Below, piece after piece: positions 18,478 through 28,997 of a DNA stretch of 64,000 nt. The number at the start of each line of letters is the position of its first letter. Position 1 is the stretch's first letter. Made by a program: the position numbers and the translations under genes. The notes below the pieces were generated by a model. The model ran no database searches, was not told the DNA's origin, and saw only the letters and a program-made list of their open reading frames with translations. Origin of the DNA: Candidatus Eiseniibacteriota bacterium (lineage in GTDB: Bacteria > Eisenbacteria > RBG-16-71-46 > CAIMUX01 > VGJL01). The DNA lies in NCBI GenBank assembly GCA_963792585.1, contig CAWBWI010000003.1:704001-768000 (forward strand). The letters are read 5' to 3'.

Positions 18478-19858
18478 GGTCCGTGAGGTCTACCACTTGG
18501 AAGCGGTCTCCGGGAAGACCGTCATGGGCAATCCTGAGACCGAACGCATGCTGGAACACATCCGGCTCGGACACATTTCCGGCCTCATCTTCTCCAAGCT
18601 CGCTCGCCTGGCCCGGAATACCCGGGAGCTCCTCGAGTTCGCGGACATCTTCCGCGATCAAGACGCCGACCTTGTCTCCCTCTCGGAGGCGATCGACACC
18701 TCGACTCCGGCCGGCCGTCTCTTCTTCACCGTCGTCGCGGCGATGGCCCAGTGGGAGCGGGAAGAGATCGCGGAGCGGGTCGCGGCTTCCGTCCCGATCC
18801 GCGCCAAGCTTGGCAAACCCCTCGGGGGAGCCGCCCCCTTCGGGTACCGCTGGGAGAACCGGGAACTCGTCCTCGATCATACGGAGGCCCCGGTCCGCCG
18901 GCTCATGTACGAGCTTTTCCTGGAGCACAAGCGGAAGAAGGCTGTAGCCCGCCTCCTCAACGAGAAGGGCTACCGAACTCGGAGTGGTTCGAAGTTCACA
19001 GACACGACGGTCGACCGTCTCCTACGCGACCCACTGGCGAAGGGTGTACGCCGGGCCAACTACACGAGGTCCTTGGGTGCCAAGCGGAACTGGATCCTGA
19101 AACCCCAGGAAGAGTGGGTCATCTCCCAAGTCGAACCGATCGTCTCCGATGAGATCTGGGCCCAAACGAACGCGCTCCTCGATGGCCGCCGGCAGAACGG
19201 GAAGCGCCCCGCGAAGCGGCCGGTCCACCTGTTCTCCGGTCTCGTGACCTGTGGGTGCGGGTCAAAGATGTACGTCCTCACGAAGACGACGAAGTACGGC
19301 TGCCAGAAGTGCCACACAAAGATCCCGATCGAGGACCTCGAGGCCGTGTTCGCCGAACAGCTCAAGAGCTTCGTCTTTTCCCCCGAGGAGGTCGCCGCCC
19401 ACGTCGGCCGGGCTGACGAAGACCTCAAGACCAAGGAGGAGACCCTCCGGACCCTCGAGACCGAGCGAGACCGCGTCGCCCGGGAGATGGACCGTGTCTA
19501 CAATGCCTACGTCGCCGACGAGATCTCGGTCCAGGGATTCGGTCGCACCTACCGCCCGCTCGAAGAGCGCCTCAAGCAGATCGAGGACGAGATCCCCCAG
19601 CTCCAGGGCGAGCTCGACTTCCTCAAGATCCAGTTCCTCTCCCGGGACGAGATCCTCACCGAAGCCCGGGACCTGTACTCCCGCTGGCCCTCCCTCGCAC
19701 CCGAAGAGCGCCGTCAGATCGTCGACACCATCGTCGAACGGATCGTCATCGGCCCAGGCGACGTCGAATTCCATCTGAGCTACCTCCCTTCCTCCGCTCC
19801 TGAACTCATCACAAATTCGCAACGCAACGTCACGGATTCATGGCGCCCACGAGCATGA
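18332..19858 (+). CDS. Large serine recombinase/integrase
   Basis: [10 protein letters not shown] catalytic Ser, [20 protein letters not shown], zinc ribbon CGCG...CQKC, coiled coil. Confidence 0.95.
   Translation: MTSSNDHVGPTAKQVGIWIRVSTEDQARGESPEHHEKRARMYAEAKGWRVREVYHLEAVSGKTVMGNPETERMLEHIRLGHISGLIFSKLARLARNTRELLEFADIFRDQDADLVSLSEAIDTSTPAGRLFFTVVAAMAQWEREEIAERVAASVPIRAKLGKPLGGAAPFGYRWENRELVLDHTEAPVRRLMYELFLEHKRKKAVARLLNEKGYRTRSGSKFTDTTVDRLLRDPLAKGVRRANYTRSLGAKRNWILKPQEEWVISQVEPIVSDEIWAQTNALLDGRRQNGKRPAKRPVHLFSGLVTCGCGSKMYVLTKTTKYGCQKCHTKIPIEDLEAVFAEQLKSFVFSPEEVAAHVGRADEDLKTKEETLRTLETERDRVAREMDRVYNAYVADEISVQGFGRTYRPLEERLKQIEDEIPQLQGELDFLKIQFLSRDEILTEARDLYSRWPSLAPEERRQIVDTIVERIVIGPGDVEFHLSYLPSSAPELITNSQRNVTDSWRPRA
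19815..19850. other. Putative hybrid att site (crossover near 19830-19832)
   Basis: The comM strand reads GCC ATG AAT CCG TG|A; intact comM would continue TGY (CPCG). comM similarity ends here. Confidence 0.75.
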
Positions 19859-20951
19859 ACCGCGCGGGGAACGTGGCGACGCCGTTAATCCGCACAATCG
19901 TCACGCGGCCATCCTCGAGCGGCTGCCGCATGAGATCCAGGATCGACGGCGGAAACTGCGCCATCTCGTCGAGGAAGAGGACGCCGTTGTGGGCGAGGCT
20001 CACCTCGCCCGGGGTTGGGCCGTGCCCGCCGCCGATCATTCCGACGGGACTGATCGACTGATGCGGGGCTCGGTACGGTCGGGCCTCGATGAGGCCGCAC
20101 CCTTCCTTGATCTTCCCCGCGGCGCTGAAGATGAGCGTCGTCTCGAGGCTTTCCTGCGGGGACATCGGCGGCAGAATCCCGATGACACGCTCGGCGAGGA
20201 GCGTCTTGCCCGACCCCGGGGAACCAATCAAGAGGATGTTGTGTCCGCCGGCGACGGCGATCTCCAGTGCGCGGCGGGCGATCGCCTGGCCGCGGACTTC
20301 GGAAAGATCCGCTCCGGCGGCAACTGCACCTTCCTTGGGCCGCGGGTCGGGATGGTCGGGCGGATGTCCACAGATGGTGTCCACGGCCTCCCGCAGCGTG
20401 GAGACCGGCGCCACATCGACACCCTCGACTGTCCGCGCCTCGACGGCGTTCTCCAGCGGGACCATCAGTCGGCGCGGCCTGCCGGGGAGCGAGCGAACCC
20501 CCAACGCCATCGCCAGGATTCCGCGCGTCGTGTGCACCGTCCCGTCCATGCGCAACTCGCCGGCAATCACCCAGTCGGCGAGTTTCTCCGCGGGGAAGGT
20601 GCCGTTCGCCGCGAGGACGCCGAGGGCGATCGGCAGATCGAACCGCGCCCCTTCCTTCGGCAACTCCGCGGGAGCGAGGTTTATCGTGATCCTTCGATTG
20701 GGGAACGCCAGATTCGACTCTTTGATCGCTCCTTCCACCCGTTCCTGGCTCTCGCGGGCCGATTTGTCGGGCGACCCGACCATCGAGACGCGTGGATATC
20801 CGTTGCGGACCGAAACCTCCACGCAGACGGGCCTCGCCTCGATCCCGATGATGGCGAAGGAGGTGACCTGGGCCAACCTGCCGGGATCGGCGACCGGCGC
20901 GATGGGAGCGATCTCGGCGATCGGGGCTTCGTCCTTCGGGACGTCGTCCAT
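19830..20951 (-). pseudogene. comM: ComM/YifB Mg-chelatase-like AAA+ ATPase, 5' part interrupted by the island
   Basis: [69 protein letters not shown] then stop (373 aa, C-terminal part missing). Confidence 0.92.
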
Positions 20952-21142
20952 CGGGCCTCCATGACTGCGACCCCCGGCAGCAGGCAAGAAACCGGCCAGA
21001 CAGTCGGTCGCGCGATCGGGAGATCGAATCTCCGGCAGCGCCCGCGCCGCCGGAGCCGCTATACTCGCCCCCCGAATGCCCGAAACGAGCGGGCGTCCAA
21101 CGACCCGTGGCCTACGAGCTTCGATCGAGAAGGAGATCCGCC

Positions 21143-23329
21143 GTGCTTCATCTCCGCCTCCGCACTTCGGCTGTCGCATTCGCCGCCGCTCTCACGACCG
21201 CCGCCATCCTCGCCGGCGCCGCCATCGCCGACGAGGGAATGTGGCCTCCATATGATCTGGCCAAGCTTCCGCTCGACAACCTTCGCGCGCGCGGTCTTCA
21301 GCTCACGCCGGAGCAGATCTACAACCCGGGCGCGGGCGGACTGACCGATGCGGTCATCCAGGTGGGGGCGACGGCGACCTTCGTTTCGCCGGCGGGACTC
21401 ATCGTCACCAACCACCACGTCGCCTATGGCGCGATCCAGGAGCAGAGCACCGAGGAGCACAATTATCTTCGCGACGGCTTCTACGCACCGACCAAGGCGA
21501 AGGAGATCGAGGCGCTGGGGTACACGGTCAACGTGACGACCAGAGTCCAGGACGTGACCCAGGAGGTCCTCGACGGATTGAGCGACGCGATCACGGGACT
21601 CGATCGCTTCAACGCGATCGATCGCGCCATCAAACTGATCGTCGCATCGACGGAGAAAGGGACCGATCTGCGCTGCAAGGTCGTCCCGATGTTCGGCGGC
21701 ACGCAGTACGTCAAGTACACCTTCTTCGAGATCCGCGACGTCCGGATCGTCTACGTCCCGCCCGAGGCGATCGGCAACTACGGCGGCGAGATCGACAACT
21801 GGATGTGGCCGCGCCACACGGGCGATTTCGCCTTCATGCGCGCCTACGTAGGCCCAGACGGCCGGCCGGCGGATTACGCGAAGGAGAATGTCCCTTACCG
21901 CCCGAAAACCTATCTGCCCTTCTCCACGAAGGGAATCGAAGACGGCGATCTCGCCATCACGATCGGCTTTCCGGGCCGCACCTCGCGTTACATCTCCTCC
22001 TTCGACCTCGAAAACCAGATCGCATTCACGTTTCCGACCATGATCCGCAACTCCGAGGAGCAGGTCCGCATCATCGAGGAGATCGGGAGGACCGATCCCG
22101 CGATCGAGCTTCGGATGGCGAGCGATCTGAAGGGCGTCTACAACCGTCTGAAGAAGAATCGCGGAATCATCGAGGGCTTCCGGCGGACCCATGCGATGGA
22201 TCGAAGGCGCGAGGATGAAAAGGCCCTGGCCGCATTCCTGGCGAAGGATCCGACCCTGCAGCGGAAGTACGGAGACGTTCTCCCGGAGCTCTCTCGCCTC
22301 TACGCGGGCCAGAAGGCGAACCAACTTCGGGACAGTCGTCTGAGCCGCCTTGGACGCAATAGCGACTTCTACCAGCTTTCCTCCGAGATCTACCGCTGGG
22401 CGAAGGAGCGTGAGAAGCCGGATCCGGAACGCGACCGCGGTTTCCAGGAACGGGATCGGGCTCATGCCCGCCGAGGACAGAAGACGGTGCAGATCAACCT
22501 CGTGCCGGTCGTGGATCGCGCGCTCTTCGAGGCGGCGTTGAAAGGGGTGCTGGACCTTCCCGCCGGCCAGAAGGTTGACGCATTGGAGAGGCTCTTCGCG
22601 GGCAAGACCGGCGCCGACCGGGATGCCGCCATCGACGCCTACCTGGACGATCTCTATGCGGGGACCAAGATCGGGAATGCCGCCGATCGTCTCGCGATGT
22701 TCGACATGAGCAGGATGGAGATCGAGACGCTGGGCGATCCGTTCATCCTCCTGTCCGCCTCACTCTACCCGGAACTCGAGACGTTGCGGCAACGGGAGAA
22801 GGAATTCGAAGGGGCGGAGAATCTCCTCGCACCGAAGCTGGTGCAGGCCTATGCCGAGTATCGCCACGGCAGCATCTATCCCGACGCGAACGGGACGATG
22901 CGGATCAGCTTCGGTGAGGTCCGCGGCTTCCACCCGCGCGATGCGGTCGACTATCACTTCCACACCCTTCTCGGTGGAGTCATGGAGAAGGAGGCGGGGG
23001 AGTACCCCTTCGCCGTTCCGGCGGCTCTAGCGGCCGCGTATGCGAAACACGATTTCGACGGCTACGCGCAGCCGGGCGACAACGACATCCCGGTGAACTT
23101 CCTGACGACGAATGACATCACCAACGGCAACTCGGGTAGCCCGGTCATCAACGGCGGGGGAGAGATCATCGGTCTGGCCTTCGACGGCAATTACGAAGCG
23201 GTCGCCTCCGACTACATGTTCGACACGGAACTGAATCGAACGATCGCCGTCGACTCGCGCTACATCCTGTATCTGATCGACAAGGTCTATCACCTCGAGG
23301 CGTTGATGAGGGAACTCACGATTCGCTGA
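21143..23329 (+). CDS. S46 family dipeptidyl peptidase (DPP7-like)
   Basis: AGGAG with GTG 21143; signal peptide then [36 protein letters not shown] (Gly at the S1 position as in DPP7-type enzymes). Confidence 0.93.
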   Translation: MLHLRLRTSAVAFAAALTTAAILAGAAIADEGMWPPYDLAKLPLDNLRARGLQLTPEQIYNPGAGGLTDAVIQVGATATFVSPAGLIVTNHHVAYGAIQEQSTEEHNYLRDGFYAPTKAKEIEALGYTVNVTTRVQDVTQEVLDGLSDAITGLDRFNAIDRAIKLIVASTEKGTDLRCKVVPMFGGTQYVKYTFFEIRDVRIVYVPPEAIGNYGGEIDNWMWPRHTGDFAFMRAYVGPDGRPADYAKENVPYRPKTYLPFSTKGIEDGDLAITIGFPGRTSRYISSFDLENQIAFTFPTMIRNSEEQVRIIEEIGRTDPAIELRMASDLKGVYNRLKKNRGIIEGFRRTHAMDRRREDEKALAAFLAKDPTLQRKYGDVLPELSRLYAGQKANQLRDSRLSRLGRNSDFYQLSSEIYRWAKEREKPDPERDRGFQERDRAHARRGQKTVQINLVPVVDRALFEAALKGVLDLPAGQKVDALERLFAGKTGADRDAAIDAYLDDLYAGTKIGNAADRLAMFDMSRMEIETLGDPFILLSASLYPELETLRQREKEFEGAENLLAPKLVQAYAEYRHGSIYPDANGTMRISFGEVRGFHPRDAVDYHFHTLLGGVMEKEAGEYPFAVPAALAAAYAKHDFDGYAQPGDNDIPVNFLTTNDITNGNSGSPVINGGGEIIGLAFDGNYEAVASDYMFDTELNRTIAVDSRYILYLIDKVYHLEALMRELTIR

Positions 23330-23456
23330 GGATCCGATGGTCTTCGGGAGAGGTTCTTCTGGAAAGGATCTTCCGGAAGCGGAGTCCGGGTGGGACGAGG
23401 AGAGCGTGGTCGCGGGCGATCCGTTCGGATCGCCCGCCCCAGTGCGCGGGAGTGCG

Positions 23457-23894
23457 CTAGTCGGTCTTGGCGCCGCTCCCCTTCGCCGCGTCCGGATCGC
23501 CGGTCGAACGGCAGAGGTCCATGCGCGCGTGGGCGTCGCACCACGTGGTCCAGGTGTCGTCGATCCTGTACGCGTCGACGTCGAGCGTCTGGCCCTTCGG
23601 GTCGTAGAGGCCGCAGACCTCGATCTTCGTCTTCTCCCGTCCGCCACCATGGATCAGGGTCGCGGCGCGCGCGTTGGCATCGAACGAGATCATCTGACCG
23701 TCGTCGAGCTTCAGGACGTGCTTGTGCCCCTTCGCTTCGCAATTCTCCGGCGTGTCGGCCTGCTTCATCTCGAGGCACGTCGGACAGAGCCAGGTGCCCT
23801 TGAAGCTCCGAAACTCCCGGCCCGGCGACGCGAGCGCTATGGCGCTCACGAGCAGCAGGGCGGGCAGGACCATCAGGAATTTCCCGTATTTCAC
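23457..23894 (-). CDS. Small exported Cys/His-rich protein
   Basis: GGAGG with GTG 23894; signal peptide; CPTC, CEAKGHKH, WCDAH...C. Confidence 0.7.
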   Translation of the reverse strand: MKYGKFLMVLPALLLVSAIALASPGREFRSFKGTWLCPTCLEMKQADTPENCEAKGHKHVLKLDDGQMISFDANARAATLIHGGGREKTKIEVCGLYDPKGQTLDVDAYRIDDTWTTWCDAHARMDLCRSTGDPDAAKGSGAKTD

Positions 23895-24172
23895 GAAAAC
23901 CTCCGTTCGTTCGATATCATGAATCGATGTCACAATGAGACTTGCGAGCATACACCAGGTAGGGATGCGCGGGGCCTTGGATTACGGCGACGGACCGCAG
24001 GGGTGGCCGAGATCGCATCCTGGCCGCTGCCGTCGTCCCGTCCAACCCCCCGAACTGCCTGCCGCCCATGCACCTACGCTGCAACGCAGCCGGGAATGCT
24101 GTAATCTCCGCTCCGCGGCGAGCCGACAATTAATGAATGGTCTCGCGAAAGGCCCCGAACCACGAAGGAACG

Positions 24173-25396
24173 ATGAGGATTCTCTATATCTATCAGTACT
24201 TCAAGACGCGTGAGGGATACGGGAGCACCCGTTCCTATGAATTCGTGCGCCGGCTGCGCGATGCCGGACACGACGTGCTCGTCGTCACCTCCACCGCCCG
24301 CATCCCGGGCCTGACGGGACGGAAGCGCGGTGGGGTGATCGAGGGGGAAATCGAGGGAATCCCGATCCACGCGGTTCCCTCGGCGTACACCAATCGGATG
24401 GGATTCGCTCGGCGTCTCATCGAGTTCCTCCGCTTCGCATGGATATCGAGCATCACCGTCCTGCGCGAGCCACGACCCGATCTGATCCTCGCTAGCAGCA
24501 CGCCGTTGACGGTGGCGCTGCCGGCGCTCGCGGGCCGGCTCTTCCGCGGCATTCCGCTCGTCTTCGAGGTCCGCGACCTCTGGCCCGAAGTGCCGGAGGG
24601 AATGGGAATCATCCGCAACCGCGTGCTGATCGCCGCCGCGAAGGGCCTCGCAAGGCTCACCTATCGCAAGAGCGCGCGGATTATCGCCCTCTCGCCCGGA
24701 ATGCGCGAGGGAATCCTGCGCTACCGCGTTCCGCGGGAGCGCGTCGTGGTCATCCCCAACGGGTCGGACCTCGACCTGTTCCATCCCGGGATGGATGGAA
24801 GCGACCTGCGCCGCCAACATGGGATCGCTGAGGATCGATTCCTCGTCGTCCACACGGGCGCGATGGGAATCGTCAACGGTCTCGACTTCCTGATCCCGGT
24901 CTGCGAGGAGCTGGCCCGTACCTTCCCGCGGGCGATCGTCTACCTGGTGGGAGAGGGGGGACAGCGCTCCCGGCTCGAAGCGCTCGCCCGCGAGAGGGAT
25001 CTCCGCAACCTGAAGTGCGAGGGGCCGGTTTCGAAGGGGGATCTCCCCGCCTGGCTCGCCGCCGCCGATCTCGGTCTCATGCTGATCAAACGCATCCCGA
25101 TCCTCGAGATGAACTCGGCCAACAAGTTCTTCGACTATGCCGCGGCGGGGCTGCCCTGCCTGATGAATTACGGCGGGTGGAAGGCCGACCTTCTCACGCG
25201 CTACGACGCCGGGCTTGCGGTCGAAACCGACGATGCGGTCGTCTTCGCGGGAGCGATCGCGGGGATGGCCGCCGATCCGGATCGCCTGCGTATCATGGGA
25301 GTCAACACCCGCAGAATGGCCGAGGCGGAGTTCGACCGGGACAAGCACTTCAGGATGCTCGAGCAGACTCTGGAGGGAGCTTTGGGAGGCCGATGA
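24173..25396 (+). CDS. GT4 glycosyltransferase (WbuB-like)
   Basis: MRILYIYQYF, FEVRDLWPE, NKFFDYAAAG. Confidence 0.9.
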   Translation: MRILYIYQYFKTREGYGSTRSYEFVRRLRDAGHDVLVVTSTARIPGLTGRKRGGVIEGEIEGIPIHAVPSAYTNRMGFARRLIEFLRFAWISSITVLREPRPDLILASSTPLTVALPALAGRLFRGIPLVFEVRDLWPEVPEGMGIIRNRVLIAAAKGLARLTYRKSARIIALSPGMREGILRYRVPRERVVVIPNGSDLDLFHPGMDGSDLRRQHGIAEDRFLVVHTGAMGIVNGLDFLIPVCEELARTFPRAIVYLVGEGGQRSRLEALARERDLRNLKCEGPVSKGDLPAWLAAADLGLMLIKRIPILEMNSANKFFDYAAAGLPCLMNYGGWKADLLTRYDAGLAVETDDAVVFAGAIAGMAADPDRLRIMGVNTRRMAEAEFDRDKHFRMLEQTLEGALGGR

Positions 25397-26823
25397 ACCA
25401 GCTGGCGATCTACGAGCGGCTGCCGATCTTCGTGCAGAGCGCCATCGTCGCGCACTACGGGCGAAAACTGCACCGGATGCGATTCGGCGGCGCCCATGAC
25501 GAGCAGCGCGCGCAGATTCTCGCGTGCGAGAAGATGGACCGGGAGGCGATGCGGCTCTACCAGGTCGATCGGCTGCGGGCGATGCTGCTCGAGGCCGCGG
25601 CCGGAATCCCGTACTACCGCGCCAAGGCGGAGACCCTCCGCGAGCTCGCCTCGACGATGCAGGATCCGTCCGACATCGCGCGGCTACCGCTGCTCGAGAA
25701 GGCGACGATCAACGCCGATCCGACCGCGTTCCACTCGACGGATCCGCGCGACAAGCCGATCGTCGGCTCGACGAGCGGGACGACGGGCCGGCCCTTACGC
25801 ACGATGAAGGTCCCTGCGTCGTACCAGCGCAACTGGGCCTTCTACGAGCGGAGCAAGGAGATCCACGGCGTCGTGCTGGGGATGCGTCGCGCGACATTCG
25901 GAACCCGCATGGTCGTGCCTAACCGGCAGCGCAAACCGCCCTTCTGGCGGCGGGAGCCGAGCGAGAACAATCTCTACTTCTCCCTCTTCCATCTGGCGGA
26001 GCAATTCCTTCCCGCCTACGTGGAACGGCTCCGCGCGTGGAATCCGGAGGAGATCGTCTGTTTCCCGTCGGGACTCTGCGTTCTGGCCGAGCACATGGTT
26101 CGCCGGGGTGTCACGGTCGAGGGGGCGAAGGCCGTCTTCTGCATGTCGGAGACACTTTTCGACTGGCAGCGGGAGCTATTCGCGAAGGCGTTCCGCGCGC
26201 GCGTCGTGAACCTCTACGGCCTCGCGGAGAACGTGGCCTGGATCTACGAGTGTCCCTCGGGACGGATGCACGTGCGGCCGGACTACGGTTACGTCGAGTT
26301 CCTGCCCGTGCCGGGCGCGACGTGGGAAGAAGAGCCCGCGGGTGAGGTGCGCGAGATCGTCGCGACGGGATTCCTCAACCTTGCGATGCCGCTCCTGCGC
26401 TACCGGACCGGCGATCAAGCGGTCGTGACCCCGCAGGATGCGACCCCATGCGCATGCGGATCCTGGCTCCCGACCGTGACGCGGGTCATCGGACGGTTGG
26501 ACGACAATCTCATCACGCCCGACGGCCGCGTGCAGACACGCCTGGACGGAATCTTCAAGATGATCCTCGGCGTGCGGGAGTCGCAACTCGAACAGGTCGC
26601 CCCCGATCGGCTGATCGTGCGCGTCGTGCCGCTGGGCGCGTTTGGTCCCGAGGCGGAAGCCGAGGTGCGGCTACGGATCGCAAGGATCTTCGGCGCACAG
26701 ATGCAGGTCGAGATCCGCATCGTGGATGCGCTTCCCAGGACCAAAGGAGGGAAGGTCCGCTACCAGGTCAACAGCATCCCGCGCGGGGAGTCGCGGACGG
26801 CGCCGGTCGCGAGCGAACGCTGA
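25393..26823 (+). CDS. Phenylacetate-CoA ligase-like adenylate-forming enzyme (CapK-like)
   Basis: STSGTTG, YGLAE, MPLLRYRTGD, GRLDD; ATGA overlap. Confidence 0.88.
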   Translation: MNQLAIYERLPIFVQSAIVAHYGRKLHRMRFGGAHDEQRAQILACEKMDREAMRLYQVDRLRAMLLEAAAGIPYYRAKAETLRELASTMQDPSDIARLPLLEKATINADPTAFHSTDPRDKPIVGSTSGTTGRPLRTMKVPASYQRNWAFYERSKEIHGVVLGMRRATFGTRMVVPNRQRKPPFWRREPSENNLYFSLFHLAEQFLPAYVERLRAWNPEEIVCFPSGLCVLAEHMVRRGVTVEGAKAVFCMSETLFDWQRELFAKAFRARVVNLYGLAENVAWIYECPSGRMHVRPDYGYVEFLPVPGATWEEEPAGEVREIVATGFLNLAMPLLRYRTGDQAVVTPQDATPCACGSWLPTVTRVIGRLDDNLITPDGRVQTRLDGIFKMILGVRESQLEQVAPDRLIVRVVPLGAFGPEAEAEVRLRIARIFGAQMQVEIRIVDALPRTKGGKVRYQVNSIPRGESRTAPVASER

Positions 26824-27902
26824 TGCGGGTTCTCCAGATCATCTCGCAGACCTTCATCGGGGGCGCCGAGAGCTTCGCCTATTCCATCTGCGCGGAACTC
26901 GCGCGGCGGGATCATCAGGTGCTGCTCCTGGCCAACCGGCTCAACGGGCCCCTCTTCGAGAAGCCGCGTCCGCCGGGAATGGAGGTGCGGGTCCTCGACC
27001 GCCACTCCCGGCTCGACCCGAAGATCGTCCCCTTCATCGCGGGGGCGATCCGCGAGTTCCGCCCGGACGTCTTCCACTCGCACAATTTCGAGACGAACAC
27101 CTGGGCGCGGACGATCGCCTGCTTCTTTCCCAACCTTCCCGTCGTCTGTCACGAGCACAGCGGGAAGAAGGCGGGACAGTCGTTCGATCGAATCTGGATG
27201 GATCGACTTCTCTATCCGCGGGCGTCGGCGGCGATCGTCTGCACGCCGCAGCTCGAGCAGTTGATGCACGAGCGCTATCATGTGCCGAGGAAGCGCCTGC
27301 ACTATCTCCAGAACGGAATCGAGGTCGATCTCTACACGCCCGATGGGACCGTCGAGCGGGATCCCATGGGGGTCGTCTGCGTGGCGGCCCTGACACCGGT
27401 CAAGAACCACGCCGGCCTGCTGAGGGCTTGGCACACGGTGGTGACGGGCCACCCGCGCGCCCGCCTGACCCTCGTGGGTGAAGGGGAGCTGAAGGCGGAA
27501 ATCGTCGAGCAGGTGCGCACGCTCGGGCTCGGCGAAAACGTGATCCTCACGGGAATGCAGAGGGATGTGAGACCCTATCTCTGGGGCGCCGGGACATTCG
27601 TCCTCTTCTCTCATACGGAGGGGGGGCCGATTTCCCTGCTCGAGGCGATGGCGGCGGAGTTAGCCTGCGTTGCCCCGGCCGTGGGCGAGATCCCCTCGAT
27701 GCTGGGCGACGGCGCGGCCGGTCGACTCGTTCCCCTCGAGGACGAGGCGGCGCTCGCGAGCACGCTGATGGACCTGCTGGAAAACCCCGGGGAGCGCGCG
27801 TCGATCGCGCGGCGGGGTCGGGAGGATGTCGTTGCGAAGTATTCCGTCGGCCGGTGTGTCGACGTCATCGAGAGGATCTACTCCGAGGTGATCAAACGAT
27901 GA
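26823..27902 (+). CDS. GT4 glycosyltransferase
   Basis: IGGAE, KNHAGLL, EGGPISLLEAMA; TGATG overlap. Confidence 0.9.
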   Translation: MRVLQIISQTFIGGAESFAYSICAELARRDHQVLLLANRLNGPLFEKPRPPGMEVRVLDRHSRLDPKIVPFIAGAIREFRPDVFHSHNFETNTWARTIACFFPNLPVVCHEHSGKKAGQSFDRIWMDRLLYPRASAAIVCTPQLEQLMHERYHVPRKRLHYLQNGIEVDLYTPDGTVERDPMGVVCVAALTPVKNHAGLLRAWHTVVTGHPRARLTLVGEGELKAEIVEQVRTLGLGENVILTGMQRDVRPYLWGAGTFVLFSHTEGGPISLLEAMAAELACVAPAVGEIPSMLGDGAAGRLVPLEDEAALASTLMDLLENPGERASIARRGREDVVAKYSVGRCVDVIERIYSEVIKR

Positions 27903-28975
27903 AGATCGTCGCTGTAGGCGATATCGGACTTCACGGCAGCGCGGCGGAACTCACGCGGAGCGCTCCGGATCGCCTGCTCCATGGCACCCGCTCGCTCCTC
28001 CGGGCGGGCGATATCGTCTTCGGCAACCTGGAGATGCCGTTTGCGCCCGCGGGGTCCGCGTCGCCGGGGAAGCCCGATGTCGAGGACGCCGCTAGGCTCC
28101 TGAGAGAGTGGGGTTTCACCCACGTCTCCCTCGCCAACAATCATGCGATGGACGAAGGCGCGGAGGGGCTCATCGCCACGATGGAGGCTCTCCGATCGCA
28201 CGGCATCGTTCCCTTCGGCGCAGGCGCGGGAGAGGCGGAGGCGGAGCGGGCCGTGCTCATCGACGGCGATCCGCCGCTCGCGCTGATCGCCTATTCGATG
28301 CCCTGCAAGTCGAGCGCGATCGGTGCGCGAACGGGCTGCTCGCGTTTCGACGTCGACAAGGCCACCCGCGCGGTCCGAGACCTGCGCGATCGCGGCCGCA
28401 CGGTCATCGCGGTGCTGCACCTCGGGCGGATGTATCTCCGCAGGCCGAGTCCGGCGCACCGGCGGGCGGCCACCGCCGTCCTCGACGCCGGCGCGAGTCT
28501 CGTCGTCTGCCACCACGCGCACGTCCCGGCGGGGATGCTGGAGAAAGACGGTCGATTCGCCGCGATGGGGCTCGGGGATTTCGTTTTCGACGCATATACC
28601 GGGGAGATCCGCACGATCGTCGGGCGGCGCAGCCGTCGATTCGGGGTTCTGATCCGTGCGGAAATCGACGCCGGGGGCGCGATTCGTGCAGATCGCGAGG
28701 TCTTGGCGCTGCCGGACGTCGGCGGGCCCGAGAGGGCGCAAACCCCCGCCCCCGTCCTCCGCCGGTGGAAGGCCTGGGACAAGGAGTTGCGACTTCCGGA
28801 CGGTCTCTATGCCGCCTTGTACTACACTTTCGAGTTTCCTCGACTCCTCGTCTACGTTGGGCATGCAGCTTTTATCTACGCCTGCCGAGGTAATTGGAGG
28901 AACGTGTACGACTACACCCTGGGTCTGCTCGTCAAGCGACTGACTCGGGGAAAGCGCGCCCGGCGCACGGCATGA
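27899..28975 (+). CDS. CapA/PGA_cap family metallophosphoesterase-fold protein
   Basis: VGDI, GNLE, SLANNHAMD, HHAHV, GLGDFVFD. Confidence 0.85.
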   Translation: MKIVAVGDIGLHGSAAELTRSAPDRLLHGTRSLLRAGDIVFGNLEMPFAPAGSASPGKPDVEDAARLLREWGFTHVSLANNHAMDEGAEGLIATMEALRSHGIVPFGAGAGEAEAERAVLIDGDPPLALIAYSMPCKSSAIGARTGCSRFDVDKATRAVRDLRDRGRTVIAVLHLGRMYLRRPSPAHRRAATAVLDAGASLVVCHHAHVPAGMLEKDGRFAAMGLGDFVFDAYTGEIRTIVGRRSRRFGVLIRAEIDAGGAIRADREVLALPDVGGPERAQTPAPVLRRWKAWDKELRLPDGLYAALYYTFEFPRLLVYVGHAAFIYACRGNWRNVYDYTLGLLVKRLTRGKRARRTA

Positions 28976-28997
28976 CATCCCGAAGGAAAGGACCATC

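Larger units (their letters stand above)
1..19832. mobile_element. Genomic island integrated in comM/yifB by a large serine recombinase (right end only; left end outside window)
   Basis: Recombinase gene abuts a comM gene truncated at AMNP*. The missing comM 3' part is absent from the window. Cargo is accessory (defence-like, VirD4-like, hypothetical). The left boundary is not visible. Confidence 0.75.

Noticed and set aside
19830..19832. comM stop as a simple nonsense mutation or sequencing error
   Set aside because: No comM-like sequence continues past the stop; the recombinase lies there instead.
19989..21344. 451-aa plus-strand ORF
   Set aside because: Antisense shadow of comM, with no motifs.
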